A DNA stretch of 32,000 nt from Micrococcus luteus NCTC 2665. Lineage in GTDB: Bacteria; Actinomycetota; Actinomycetes; Actinomycetales; Micrococcaceae. Positions 7,871 through 17,363 of the stretch are shown piece by piece; positions within the stretch are counted from its first letter, which is position 1; each line of letters opens with the position of its first letter. The DNA lies in assembly GCF_000023205.1 (NCBI RefSeq), contig NC_012803.1:2040001-2072000 (forward strand), given 5' to 3'. Made by a program: the position numbers and the translations under genes. A model generated the notes under the pieces. That model was not told the DNA's origin. It did not search any database and worked only from the letters and a program-made list of their open reading frames with translations.

Positions 7871-10800
7871 CGGGCGGCCTCCGGGGCGTCGGGGGTGGAC
7901 GGGGTGGGCATGCGCGGATGACGACGGCGGGCCGCGGCGCGCAGGCGGGCGCGGCGGGCCTCCTCGCCCCGGCGATCCACTTCGCCGCCGAGCGAGCGCA
8001 GCACGTCCATCACGAGGCCCACGACGACGAAGTACACGCCGATGTCGAACGCGGTGGCCGAGACGAGCTTGAGGGCGTCGCCGAACAGCGGCAGGTCGGT
8101 GAACTCCACCACATAGGACTGCAGGATCTGCCCGCCGAAGAAGAGCGGGGCGATCCCGGTGAGCGTGGCGATCGCCAGGCCCAGGCCGATCATGGGCCCG
8201 GCCGGGATCACGGAGGCCTCCTGCAGCTCGTACCGGCCGCCGGCGAGGAAGCGCAGCGTGAGGGCCAGGCCTGCGAGCAGGCCGCCGGCGAAGCCGCCGC
8301 CGGGGGTGTTGTGCCCGGCCAGCAGCAGGTAGACGGAGAGCAGCATCATGATCGGGAACATGAAGCGGGTGACGACCTCGAGGATGATCGAGCGCCGCTC
8401 GGGGGCCATCGTGTGGCCGGCCACGAGCCACTGGCCCTTGCGATCGTCCACAGCGAAGCTGCGCACGACGGACAGCTCGCGGGCCCCGAGCGAGGAGTCG
8501 GCGCCGAAGTCGCCGACGGAGCCGGGGGCGACGTCGTCGATGCTGCGGGTGCGCCCGTCGCGGTGCTGCAGGAAGATCAGGGAGGCCACGCCGGTGGCGG
8601 CGGCGGCCAGCACGGTGATCTCGCCCCACGTGTCCCACGCGCGGATGTCCACGAGGGTGACGTTCACGGCGTTGGCGCCGTAGCCGTCCGTGTAGGCGAG
8701 CTCCGGCATGGGCAGCGAGATGCGCTCGGCGGTGCGGGCGGCCAGCGCGGTGGCGGCGATCCACATCATGGTCAGCGCGAACCCGACGGCCACGGCCAGG
8801 CGGCCCAGCCGCCGTGAGCCGGTGCGGCGGTCGTACCAGTCCGGCGGCAGCACGCGCAGGCCCAGGATGAGGGTGACCAGGATGATGGTCTCCACGAGCA
8901 CCTGGGTGATGGCGAGGTCCGGGGCGCCGCGCAGGGCGAACAGGGCGGCGGCGCCGTAGCCGGTCACGGACACCAGCATGATCGCCTTGAAGCGGCGGCG
9001 GGCGCGGACGGCGAACACGGTGGCCACGGCGATCATGAGGACGATGACCAGCTGCGCCGGGCTCTCTGCCCAGATGATGTCCCCGTCGAGGAACGCGGTG
9101 GCCAGGAGGCGGTCCTCCCGCCCGGCGGGGAACAGGAGGAAGGCGACGGGCAGGCCGGCCGCCGTCGTGAGGATGATGGCCAGGTAGCGGCGCAGCGAGC
9201 CGGTCTGGGTGCGGCCCGTGACCCACACGGCCGTCTCGTCCACGTAGCCGATGAGCCGGCGGTATCCGCGGGCGGCGTCCAGGGGGGACTCGGTGCGCTC
9301 CTGAAGCGCCTCGAACGGGCGGCGGGCAAGGGCGAGCAGCGCGCCGAGCACCCAGATCCCCGCGGAGAGGGCGAGGATGGGCGTCCAGCCGTGCCACAGG
9401 GCCAGGTAGGCCGGCTTCTCCGCCGGGTCCAGCGGCGGCAGGGAGCCCGTGTGGGCGGTGATGATCCCCTCCACCGGGCCGGGCAGGAAGGCGAGCACGA
9501 GGCCGACGAGCGCGAGCAGCGCGGCCGGGGCCAGCTCGAGGGTGGTGACGCGGGTGTGGAACTGCGTCTCCGGCACCGTCTCGCCCGCCTCGTCCCGCTT
9601 GACGGCGAAGCAGCCCCAGAGGAAGCGCCACGTGTAGGCGAAGGTGAGCACCGAGCCCAGGGCCATGACCACGAGCGGGCTCCAGGCCCACACGCCGCCG
9701 TGGGCGGCCCCGTGGGCGGCCAGCGACTCGAGCACGGACTCCTTGGCCACGAAGCCGAACAGCGGGGGCAGCCCGGCCATGGACAGCCCCGCCGCCACGG
9801 CGACGGCGGCCAGGACCGGATGGCGCCGCCCGATGCCGGAGAGCTTGCGCAGGTCGCGGGTGCCGGCCTCATGGTCGATGATGCCGACGATCATGAACAG
9901 CGGCGCCTTGAACACCGCGTGGGCCAGGAGCATGGCGAGCCCGGCCATCGCCGCGTCCCGGGTGCCCAGGCCGTTGGCCACCATGAGGAAGCCGAGCTGG
10001 GAGACCGTGCCGTAGGCGAGCACGAGCTTGACGTCTGTCTGCCGCAGGGCGCGCCAGCCGCCGAGCAGCAGGGTCCACAGACCCACGCCGATCACGAGGA
10101 CCTGCCACATGGCGAGGCCGTGGAACTCCGGGGCCAGGCGGGCCACGAGGAAGACGCCGGCCTTCACCATGGCCGCCGCGTGCAGGTACGCGGACACGGG
10201 GGTCGGCGCGGCCATGGCGGCCGGCAGCCAGAAGTGGAACGGCGCCTGGGCGGACTTGGTCAGCGCACCGATCAGCACGAGGCCGACGGCGACCTCGAGC
10301 AGGACGCGCCCGCCGTCGTCCGCGAGGAGGCCGGGGGCCGCGGCCAGCACGCCGGAGATCCGCCAGGACCCGGCGAAGTGGGCCAGCATGATCAGGCCCG
10401 CGAGCATGGCCAGGCCGCCGAACGTGGTGACGATCAGGGCGGTGATGGCGGAGCGGCGGGCGAAGATGCGGTGGCCCGAGTAGCCGATCAGCAGGAAGGA
10501 CAGGACGGACGTGATCTCCCAGAAGGTGTAGAGCACCATCAGGTCGTCCGTGGTGACGAGCCCGAACATCGCGCCGGCGAACGCCAGCAGCTGCCCGCCG
10601 AACACCGCGTTGCGCGGCTCGTGCTCCCGGAAGTAGCGGGCGCAGTAGGCCAGGACCAGCGCGCCGACTCCCAGCACGATCAGGGACATGAACGCGGCCA
10701 GCACGTCCATGCGGAACGCGAGCTCGATCTCGAGGTACGGCACCCACGGCACGGTGCGGTCCAGGTGCGCCGCCGAGGCCGGGACCGGCCGGCCGGCGTC

Positions 10801-10965
10801 GAGCGCCTCCTGCAGCGCGAACACGTGCGGCAGCTGGGTGAGCAGCCAGACGAAGCCCGCCGCGGGGGCGGCGGCGAGCAGATAGAACCCCTGACGTCCC
10901 GTCCACCGGAAGATCACCGGGGCGGCGAGCGCGACGACGAAGAGCGCGGTCAGGATGACGAGCAT
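7867..10965 (-). CDS. mrpA: Mrp/Mnh antiporter subunit A, fused A/B type (NuoL-like plus MnhB domain)
   Basis: The 1032-aa polytopic ORF has a NuoL/MnhA-like N-terminal two-thirds and an MnhB-like C-terminal region. It is the first gene of a six-gene (group 2 style) mrp operon. Confidence 0.9.
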   Translation of the reverse strand: MLVILTALFVVALAAPVIFRWTGRQGFYLLAAAPAAGFVWLLTQLPHVFALQEALDAGRPVPASAAHLDRTVPWVPYLEIELAFRMDVLAAFMSLIVLGVGALVLAYCARYFREHEPRNAVFGGQLLAFAGAMFGLVTTDDLMVLYTFWEITSVLSFLLIGYSGHRIFARRSAITALIVTTFGGLAMLAGLIMLAHFAGSWRISGVLAAAPGLLADDGGRVLLEVAVGLVLIGALTKSAQAPFHFWLPAAMAAPTPVSAYLHAAAMVKAGVFLVARLAPEFHGLAMWQVLVIGVGLWTLLLGGWRALRQTDVKLVLAYGTVSQLGFLMVANGLGTRDAAMAGLAMLLAHAVFKAPLFMIVGIIDHEAGTRDLRKLSGIGRRHPVLAAVAVAAGLSMAGLPPLFGFVAKESVLESLAAHGAAHGGVWAWSPLVVMALGSVLTFAYTWRFLWGCFAVKRDEAGETVPETQFHTRVTTLELAPAALLALVGLVLAFLPGPVEGIITAHTGSLPPLDPAEKPAYLALWHGWTPILALSAGIWVLGALLALARRPFEALQERTESPLDAARGYRRLIGYVDETAVWVTGRTQTGSLRRYLAIILTTAAGLPVAFLLFPAGREDRLLATAFLDGDIIWAESPAQLVIVLMIAVATVFAVRARRRFKAIMLVSVTGYGAAALFALRGAPDLAITQVLVETIILVTLILGLRVLPPDWYDRRTGSRRLGRLAVAVGFALTMMWIAATALAARTAERISLPMPELAYTDGYGANAVNVTLVDIRAWDTWGEITVLAAAATGVASLIFLQHRDGRTRSIDDVAPGSVGDFGADSSLGARELSVVRSFAVDDRKGQWLVAGHTMAPERRSIILEVVTRFMFPIMMLLSVYLLLAGHNTPGGGFAGGLLAGLALTLRFLAGGRYELQEASVIPAGPMIGLGLAIATLTGIAPLFFGGQILQSYVVEFTDLPLFGDALKLVSATAFDIGVYFVVVGLVMDVLRSLGGEVDRRGEEARRARLRAAARRRHPRMPTPSTPDAPEAAR

Positions 10966-11033
10966 GCGGTCCCTTCGTCAGGCACGGGCGGGGGTACGGT
11001 CCAGCCTAGCGGAGGGATGCGCCCCACCCGGGG

Positions 11034-12356
11034 TCAGCGGACCGATTCCGCGCTCCGCGTGATCGGCTCCGTGACCCGGGCGAACAGCAGCCCACCGGCC
11101 ACGAGCACGACGGCGATCACGGGGATGACCACCCGGTTGTCCGGGTGCAGGGCGAGCGCGAGCGTCACGAGCGCGGGCGTGATGAACCCGACCGCGCGGC
11201 CCGTGGTGGCGTACAGCCCGAACACCTCGCCGGCCGTCCGCGGCGTGGTGAGCCGGCCCAGGAACGCGCGCGAGGCCGACTGCACCGGGCCCACGAACAG
11301 GCACAGCGCCAGCCCGCCGACCCAGAACGCGAGGGTGCCCGAGGCGAAGAACAGCGCCCCGGCCACGAGGACCATGGCGGCCAGCGAGCCGAGGATCACC
11401 CGGCGCGGACCGACCGCGTCGTCGAGCCGCCCGCCCACGAAGGCGCCCAGGGCGGCCACCACGTTGGCCGCGATCGCGAACAGGATCACGTCCGAGGCCG
11501 CGAGGCCGTAGACCGTGGTGCCCAGGATGGCGCCGTAGACGAAGACCGCCCCGACGCCGTCGCGGAACACCGCCGAGGAGAGCAGGAACCACAGGGTGTT
11601 GCGGTCCTCGCGCCACATCCGCGCCAGCGTGGACCCCAGCGCACGGTACGAGGCCGCCAGGGACTCCCGCCGCGGGCCGCCGCCGGGGGACGGCGCGGGC
11701 GCCGGGTCCGGCACGGCCACCAGCACCGGGATCGCGAACACCAGGAACCACGCCGCGGCCACCAGCGCCACGACCCGGATGTTCAGCCCCTCGTCCTCCG
11801 TGATCCCGAACCAGTGCGCGTCCCCCGAGACGAAGCCCACGAACACGATCAGCAGCAGCAGGATCCCGCCGAGGTAGCCCGCTCCCCAGCCGATCCCCGA
11901 GATCCGGCCGATCGTGGCCGGCGTCGAGATCTGCACGAGGATCGCGTTGACCTGCACCTCCGCGAACTCGAAGAACACGGTGCCCAGGGCGATCAGGGTG
12001 ACGCCCAGCAGTAGGGAGGACTCCCGGGGCGTGACGAAGAAGCACGCCGCGGTGCACGCGATCACCGCCGCCGTCATCACCCCCAGCCAGAGGCGGCGCC
12101 GGCCCGCGCCGTCCGCGCGCCGGCCCATCACGGGCGCGGTCAGGGCGATCACGACGCCGGCGATCGCCAGGGCCGTGGACAGCCACGCCGTGCCCCGCTC
12201 GTCCGGCCCGAACGCGTCCGAGGCCAGGTAGGTGCCGAACACGAAGGTGACCATGACCGCGTTGAACGCGGCCGAGCCCCAGTCCCACAGCGCCCACGCG
12301 GCCACCTGGCGGCGCGGGGCGGCGGAGGCGACCGGCGGGAGCGCGACGTCGGTCAT
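11034..12356 (-). CDS. MFS transporter, UMF1/Atg22-like family
   Basis: From ATG 12356: [46 protein letters not shown], a UMF1-type N-terminus. About 12 TM segments are present. The start overlaps the dcd stop (ATGA). Confidence 0.8.
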
Positions 12357-12934
12357 CGTTCGATGCGGGTGAGGTGGAAGTCGCGGTGCGCCCGGGAGGC
12401 CGTGGGCCCGCGCTGACCCTGGTACCGGTTCTGGTTGGCCCCGGTGCCGTACGGCGACTGGGCCGACGAGGAGAGCCGGAAGAAGCACAGCTGGCCGATC
12501 TTCATCCCCGGCCACAGCGTGATGGGCAGCGTGGCCACGTTGGACAGCTCGAGCGTGACGTGCCCGGAGAACCCGGGGTCGATGAACCCGGCGGTCGAGT
12601 GCGTCAGCAGGCCCAGCCGCCCCAGCGAGGACTTGCCCTCGAGGCGGGCGGCGAGGTCGTCCGGCAGCGTGACCTGCTCATAGGTGGAGCCGAGCACGAA
12701 CTCCCCCGGATGCAGGATGAAGGCCTCGTCCGGGTCCACCTCCACCAGCCGGGTCAGCTCGTCCTGCTCCTGGCGCGGGTCGATGTGCGCGTACCGGTGG
12801 TTGTCGAAGAGCCGGAAGAACCGGTCCAGGCGCACGTCCACGGACGCGGGCTGGACCATCGTCGGGTCGAGGGGGTCCAGGCCCACGCGCCCGGAGTCGA
12901 GCTCGGCGCGGATGTCACGGTCGGAGAGCAGCAC
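12353..12934 (-). CDS. dcd: dCTP deaminase (probably the bifunctional dCTP deaminase/dUTPase type found in actinobacteria)
   Basis: [12 protein letters not shown]...[14 protein letters not shown]...[33 protein letters not shown] is strongly Dcd-like. The start codon is GTG at 12934. Confidence 0.92.
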
Positions 12935-12937
12935 GGC

Positions 12938-14467
12938 TCAGTCCATTCGCACGACGACGGCCAGCGGGGTGCGCTCGCGGCCCTGGCCCAGCGGGTTGTC
13001 CGCGAAGGCGGCCTCGAGGACGGCGGCCGACGCGGCGGTGTCCTTGCCGAGGGCGTTGCGGCCGATGTCGTTGGCATCCATCACGACGGTGCCGGCGAAG
13101 GATGCCTTCGCCCAGGCCGGGATGTCCGCCGCCCGGATCATCGCCGAGACCTCGGCGGCCACCCGGTCCGGCTCGGCCGGGGGCAGCTTGGCGGAGACGT
13201 TGGCCGGGAACGTGGAGTAGGTGGTGGGCCCGTCGATCGCGCGGACGTTGCCGCCCACCACGTTGTAGAACACACCGCGTTTGCCGGCGACCTTGCCGGC
13301 GGCGCCGGCGGCCGCGGAGAGCACGATGCGCGGCAGGCCGGCCTCCTGGATGGCCAGCTGCATGGTGGTGGGGTCGCCCAGGCCGATGCCCGCGGGCGTA
13401 CGGGTGACCAGCCGGGAGAGGACGCGGGCGGCCACGGAGGGGCGGACCTCCCAGGTGTAGTAGGAGCGGCCCTGGGTGATGGCCACGATCTTCTCGGACA
13501 CGGAGAAGTGCCACGGGGCGTCCTGCGGCATCGCGTCCGCGGGCAGGTCGCGGAAGAAGTCCTCGATCTCGCCGCGCAGGTAGGCCTGCAGCTCCGTGTC
13601 CCGGTCCACCAGGCCGGTCTGCACCGGGAAGCGGCGGTAGCGGCGGCCGTCCTCGGCGGAGACCAGGTCGAGCTCCTTGCCCGGGTTCGGCTCGTGGTCC
13701 GGCTTGGCCGGCGCCGGGGCGCCCGCGGCCTCGTCGACCGCGGCGACGGGGCTGGCCGGGGCGGCATCGGGGTCCACGGCGTCGCGCAGCCACAGCTCGA
13801 GGTTCAGCAGACGCCAGAAGCGCTCGGGGTCGTGCCGGCGCGGATGGGCGAGGAAGTCCTCGAACAGCGCGCGGACGGTGGGCGCGTCGGCGTACGGGCG
13901 GGCGGCGAACGAATCGGAGGCGAACACCTCCCGGACCGGCTCGCGCAGGGCGAGCAGCAGGCCGGCCGCGGCGGCGTCGTCCGCGAGACGGGCCGGCGGG
14001 AGGACGGCGTCCACGAGGCCGGCGAGACGACCGCGCGGCACGCCGCGCTCGGCCGGGCGCTCGGCCGCGTGGGCGTCGACGAAGGCGGAGTTCAGCAGCG
14101 CCTCGACGGGCACGTCGGCGCGCTCGCGGGAGTCGGCCAGGCGGGCGACGACGTCGCGGCGGGTCGCGGTCAGGGTGCGCCCGGCGCCGCGCAGACCACG
14201 GGACGCGCCGGCGGACGGCGGCGTCGGGGCGGGGCGGCCGCGCATGTGCGCGGTCGAGGCCAGGGGGCCGCCGTGGGCGCGGATCGCGGCGCGGACCGAC
14301 TCGAGGCCGGCGACCGGGGACGGCGTCGCGGCGGGGGCCAGCGGTGCGGGCCGGGGACCGCCGACGAGGAAGGGGCGGTCCGCCTCCCCGAACGCGAGGT
14401 AGCGGTACACCGCCGTGTCGTCGGGGCGGGCGGGGACCTGGGCCGCGTCGGCCGCGGTGTCGCGCAT
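12938..14467 (-). CDS. Uncharacterised fusion protein. The C-terminal half is like CofE/F420-0:gamma-glutamyl ligase. The N-terminal half ends in a motif resembling the C-terminal tail of asparagine synthetase.
   Basis: The C-terminal half has SEKIVAITQGRSY, MDANDIGRNALGK and DNPLGQGRERTPLAVVVR, which are CofE-family-like as I recall them. The N-terminal half contains ERFWRLLNLELWLR. The stop lies 3 nt upstream of the dcd start. Confidence 0.6.
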   Translation of the reverse strand: MRDTAADAAQVPARPDDTAVYRYLAFGEADRPFLVGGPRPAPLAPAATPSPVAGLESVRAAIRAHGGPLASTAHMRGRPAPTPPSAGASRGLRGAGRTLTATRRDVVARLADSRERADVPVEALLNSAFVDAHAAERPAERGVPRGRLAGLVDAVLPPARLADDAAAAGLLLALREPVREVFASDSFAARPYADAPTVRALFEDFLAHPRRHDPERFWRLLNLELWLRDAVDPDAAPASPVAAVDEAAGAPAPAKPDHEPNPGKELDLVSAEDGRRYRRFPVQTGLVDRDTELQAYLRGEIEDFFRDLPADAMPQDAPWHFSVSEKIVAITQGRSYYTWEVRPSVAARVLSRLVTRTPAGIGLGDPTTMQLAIQEAGLPRIVLSAAAGAAGKVAGKRGVFYNVVGGNVRAIDGPTTYSTFPANVSAKLPPAEPDRVAAEVSAMIRAADIPAWAKASFAGTVVMDANDIGRNALGKDTAASAAVLEAAFADNPLGQGRERTPLAVVVRMD

Positions 14468-14538
14468 GGGACGTCCTTCCGGGACGGGGGCTGCCGGACG
14501 CGTCCGGCCGCGGCCGGGCGCGGTTCGGACTCTACCAG

Positions 14539-14602
14539 CGGCCCCTGGCGCACTTTCGTTCGGGAAACGGCGGCCCCTGGAGCGCTTTCGTTCGGGAAAC
14601 GG
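14539..14602 (+). repeat. Tandem 32-bp direct repeat (2 copies, 30/32 identical), each copy carrying the core CTTTCGTTcggGAAACGGCG
   Basis: Unit 1 at 14539-14570 is cggcccctggcgcactttcgttcgggaaacgg. Unit 2 at 14571-14602 is cggcccctggagcgctttcgttcgggaaacgg. The repeat lies in the divergent intergenic region upstream of the khtT-like gene. Confidence 0.9.
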
Positions 14603-14633
14603 CGGCCATGACGTCGACGACGCGGCCGCGACC

Positions 14634-14639
14634 TAAGAT
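14634..14639 (+). promoter_or_regulatory. Candidate -10 hexamer TAAGAT placed 7 nt before ATG 14647, suggesting a leaderless khtT-like transcript
   Basis: It matches TANNNT, and no Shine-Dalgarno sequence lies between it and the ATG. Confidence 0.4.
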
Positions 14640-14646
14640 GTGCGGC

Positions 14647-15126
14647 ATGAGCCTCCACGAGACCTCCCTGCCGGGCATCGGCGTGCGCCGCGAGCTGGCC
14701 CTCGCCGACGGCCGCCGCATCGGCGTGGTCACCCACCGCGACGGCCAGACCGAGCTGATCCTCTCCGACGCCGAGGACCCGGACGCCTGCGCGATTTCGC
14801 TCCCCCTGACCCTTGAGGAGGCGTCCGCCCTGGGCGCGCTCCTGTCCGGGCCGCGACTGGTCTCCCAGCTCCAGGAGGAGCACGCGGACCTGCCCGGCAT
14901 CACCACCCGCCAGCTGATCCTGCCGTCCGACTCCCCGTACGCGGGCGAGGTGCTCGGGGCGACCCGCATGCGCACGCGCACCGGCGTCTCGATCGTCGCC
15001 GTCGTCCGCGCCGGCGTCACCCACGCCTCCCCCGCCCCGGCCATGCTCCTCGAGGGCGGCGACCTGCTCGTGGTGGTCGGCACCGGCGAGGGCGTCCGGA
15101 AGGCCGAGCGGCTGCTGGCCGCCTGA
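14647..15126 (+). CDS. Cation:proton antiporter regulatory subunit (KhtT-like, TrkA-C/RCK_C domain)
   Basis: MSLHETSLPGIGVRRELALADGRRIGVVTHRDGQTELI...TRMRTRTGVSIVAVVRAG...GDLLVVVGTGEGV is KhtT/YhaT-like. Alternative in-frame ATGs lie at 14608 and 14638. Confidence 0.8.
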   Translation: MSLHETSLPGIGVRRELALADGRRIGVVTHRDGQTELILSDAEDPDACAISLPLTLEEASALGALLSGPRLVSQLQEEHADLPGITTRQLILPSDSPYAGEVLGATRMRTRTGVSIVAVVRAGVTHASPAPAMLLEGGDLLVVVGTGEGVRKAERLLAA

Positions 15127-15133
15127 GGCCCCC

Positions 15134-16381
15134 GTGGACACCACGCTGATCGCCCTGGTCGAGCTCGGGGCCGTGCTGCTGCTGCTCGGCGCCCTCGGTC
15201 GGTTCGCCGGGAAGATCGGCATGTCCCCGGTCCCGCTGTACCTGCTGGGCGGGCTCATGGTCGGCGTCGGCGGGCTGCTGTTCACCCGCGTCGACGCCGC
15301 CGGTGTCGCGCACAACCCCATGGAGCCCATCGAGGAGTTCAGCCGACTGGCCGCCGAGATCGGCGTCGTGCTCCTGCTGCTCATGCTCGGCGTGGAGTAC
15401 TCGGCCCGTGAGCTCGTCGGCGGGCTGCGCGGCTCCTGGCGGGCCGGTGTGCTGGACATCGTCCTGAACTTCACCCCCGGAGCGGTGGCCGGGCTGCTGC
15501 TCGGCTGGGGGCCGGTGGGTGCCCTCGTGCTGGGCGGCATCACCTACATCTCCTCCTCCGGCATCATCGCGAAGGTCCTCAGCGACCTCGGCCGCGTCGG
15601 CAACCGCGAGACCCCCGTGCTGCTGTCCGTGCTCGTGTTCGAGGACCTGGCCATGGCGGTCTACCTGCCCGTGATGACGGCGCTCGCGGCGGGCACCGCC
15701 TTTGTCTCCGGTCTGAAGGCGGCGGGCGTCGCGCTCGTCGTCGTCGCCCTCGTGCTGGGGGTGGCGGTGCGGTACGGTCCCCAGATCTCGCGGCTGCTGC
15801 ACTCGGACGAGCAGGAGAACTTCCTGCTCACGGTGCTGGGGCTGGCGCTCGTCGTCGCAGGCGTGGCCGGGGCGCTGCAGGTCTCGGCGGGTGTGGGCGC
15901 GTTCCTGCTGGGCATCGCGATCTCCGGAGCGGCCGCCAAACAGGCCCGCGCCGTGCTCGAGCCGCTGCGCGACCTCTTCGCCGCCCTGTTCTTCGTGCTG
16001 TTCGGCATGAGCGTGGATCCGCGCACCCTGCCGCCCGTGCTGCTGGCCGCGCTGGCCCTGGCCCTCGTCACGGCCGCCACGAAGGTGGCCACGGGCTACC
16101 TCGCCGCGCGCGGGGCGGGGATCGGCGTGGCCGGCCGCTGGCGCGCGGGGGCGGCCCTGACGATCCGCGGGGAGTTCTCCATCGTGATCGCCGGGCTCGC
16201 CGCGTCGGCGGGTGGCGTGCCACCGGAGATGACCGCGTTCGCGACGGCCTATGTGCTCGCCCTGGCGGTCGCCGGGCCGGTGCTCATGCGGTACGCGGAC
16301 GCGTTCGGTCGCTCGCGCGTCCGGGCGGCGACGCGGCGGGTGCGGTCGCGCGAGGTCGGCGCGGCGGACCCGGTGCACTGA
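15134..16381 (+). CDS. CPA2-family cation:proton antiporter membrane subunit (KhtU/KefB-like)
   Basis: The 415-aa polytopic ORF has a GTG start 8 nt after the khtT-like stop. MDTTLIALVELGAVLLLLGALGRFAGKIGMSPVPLYLLGGLMVG is typical of the Na_H_Exchanger family. Confidence 0.85.
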   Translation: MDTTLIALVELGAVLLLLGALGRFAGKIGMSPVPLYLLGGLMVGVGGLLFTRVDAAGVAHNPMEPIEEFSRLAAEIGVVLLLLMLGVEYSARELVGGLRGSWRAGVLDIVLNFTPGAVAGLLLGWGPVGALVLGGITYISSSGIIAKVLSDLGRVGNRETPVLLSVLVFEDLAMAVYLPVMTALAAGTAFVSGLKAAGVALVVVALVLGVAVRYGPQISRLLHSDEQENFLLTVLGLALVVAGVAGALQVSAGVGAFLLGIAISGAAAKQARAVLEPLRDLFAALFFVLFGMSVDPRTLPPVLLAALALALVTAATKVATGYLAARGAGIGVAGRWRAGAALTIRGEFSIVIAGLAASAGGVPPEMTAFATAYVLALAVAGPVLMRYADAFGRSRVRAATRRVRSREVGAADPVH

Positions 16382-16439
16382 CGTACGGGTCCGCGGGGCT
16401 CGATGACGACGCGGGGCCGGTGCACCGGCCGGGCTGGTG

Positions 16440-16445
16440 TATCGT
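16440..16445 (+). promoter_or_regulatory. Candidate -10 hexamer TATCGT about 35 nt upstream of tRNA-Gly
   Basis: It matches TANNNT at a position suitable for a short RNase P-processed leader. The evidence is weak. Confidence 0.25.
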
Positions 16446-16480
16446 GGTGCCCGCGCCGCAGGCGGAAACCGAGCGGTTGC

Positions 16481-16554
16481 GCGGGCGTAGCTCAATGGTA
16501 GAGCGCTTGCTTCCCAAGCAAGATACGCGGGTTCGATTCCCGTCGCCCGCTCCA
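16481..16554 (+). tRNA. tRNA-Gly (anticodon CCC), with the CCA end encoded
   Basis: Folded by hand. The acceptor stem is GCGGGCG/CGCCCGC and the D arm is GCTC-AATGGTA-GAGC. The anticodon arm is CTTGC-TTCCCAA-GCAAG and the T arm is GCGGG-TTCGATT-CCCGT. The discriminator is T at 16551, followed by CCA at 16552-16554. Confidence 0.93.
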
Positions 16555-16565
16555 CACCACGACGA

Positions 16566-16601
16566 CGGCCCCGGGCCCCTCACGCGAGGGACCCGGGGCC
16601 G
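16566..16601 (+). terminator. Hairpin downstream of tRNA-Gly (15-bp stem with one mismatch, 6-nt loop)
   Basis: cggccccgggcccct (16566-16580) pairs with agggacccggggccg (16587-16601). Confidence 0.5.
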
Positions 16602-16721
16602 TGTCGGTCCACGCCGTCCCGCCACGGCCGCACCGGGAACGCGAGACGTCGGAATGCGGCCACATTCACGCGTCAGAACGACCGCTGGCGTTCCAGGTCG
16701 ACGTGCGGGGTCCCGCTCCCC

Positions 16722-17168
16722 TCAACGGCCCGCGTGGATCTCGCGCAGCCGGCGTTCCAGGTCGACCGGCAGGTCCGCGGCGAAGCGCGGGTCGAGGTCT
16801 GGCCCGGCGTCCGCCAACCGGTAGACACCGTCGGCGCGGTCGAGGAACCCGTAGTCCACGAGTTCGCGACGCAGCGTGGCCACGTCCTCGTGGGCGGGGC
16901 GCAGCAGGTCGTTGACCTCAGCCTCCGCGTAGGCGCGGCCCGCTCTGAAGCGACGCAGCAGCTCGAGAAGGACGGCCACCCGCGGCCTGCGACGCGCGGG
17001 GATGGAGCGCAGCCGGTCCCCGTCGAAGAAGCGGGCGAGCACGGTCGCGTGGTAGCGCTCGGCGGACTGCCACTCCTCGGCGAGGGCCGCCGCCGCGGCG
17101 GTGTACCGCTCACCGGTGACGGCCATGCGGGCGCGGATCAGGGTCTTGAGGTCGGACTGACGGGTCAT
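16722..17168 (-). CDS. DUF2087-like protein (putative winged-helix regulator-like)
   Basis: The 148-aa ORF contains RLRSIPARRRPRVAVLLELLRRFRAGRAYAEAEVNDLLRPAHEDVATLRRELVDYGFLDRADGVYRL, which matches the DUF2087 pattern as I recall it. Confidence 0.65.
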   Translation of the reverse strand: MTRQSDLKTLIRARMAVTGERYTAAAAALAEEWQSAERYHATVLARFFDGDRLRSIPARRRPRVAVLLELLRRFRAGRAYAEAEVNDLLRPAHEDVATLRRELVDYGFLDRADGVYRLADAGPDLDPRFAADLPVDLERRLREIHAGR

Positions 17169-17363
17169 GGTGCATCCTCGCCGGCGCGCTCCCGGCCATG
17201 CCGCGCCGCGGGTCGGGGACGACGTCCGTCGCGTGCGGGTGGGCCCGAGGATCCGCTCCCCTTCGCGCCGGGCCGCCGGGCCCTGCCGCGCGGGGCCGGG
17301 CCGCGTGGCGCGCTCGGCGGTGGGCGCCGCCGTCGTGATCCAGGCTAGCCCACGCCCGCGGCG

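Noticed and set aside
14539-14602. Possible CRISPR array, or an ECF-sigma promoter (GGGAAAC ... CGTT) created by the tandem repeat
   Set aside because: There are only two directly abutting copies with no spacers, so it is not a CRISPR array. The distance from the GGAAAC of unit 1 to the GTT of unit 2 is about 21 nt, longer than the 16-19 nt spacing I recall for actinobacterial SigE/SigH-type promoters.
12374-14611. The 745-aa plus-strand ORF opposite dcd and the CofE-like gene
   Set aside because: It is antisense to dcd, which is unambiguous. Its Gly/Arg/Val-rich composition is typical of a GC-skew artefact.
16415-16430. The 16-bp perfect palindrome ggccggtgcaccggcc after the khtU-like gene, considered as a terminator or operator
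   Set aside because: As a hairpin it gives only about a 6-bp stem. GC-rich palindromes of this size are expected by chance, so I did not call it as a feature.
15017-16555. The 512-aa minus-strand ORF spanning the khtU-like gene and running into the tRNA
   Set aside because: It is antisense to a clear CPA2 transporter and overlaps tRNA-Gly. Its composition is that of an artefact.
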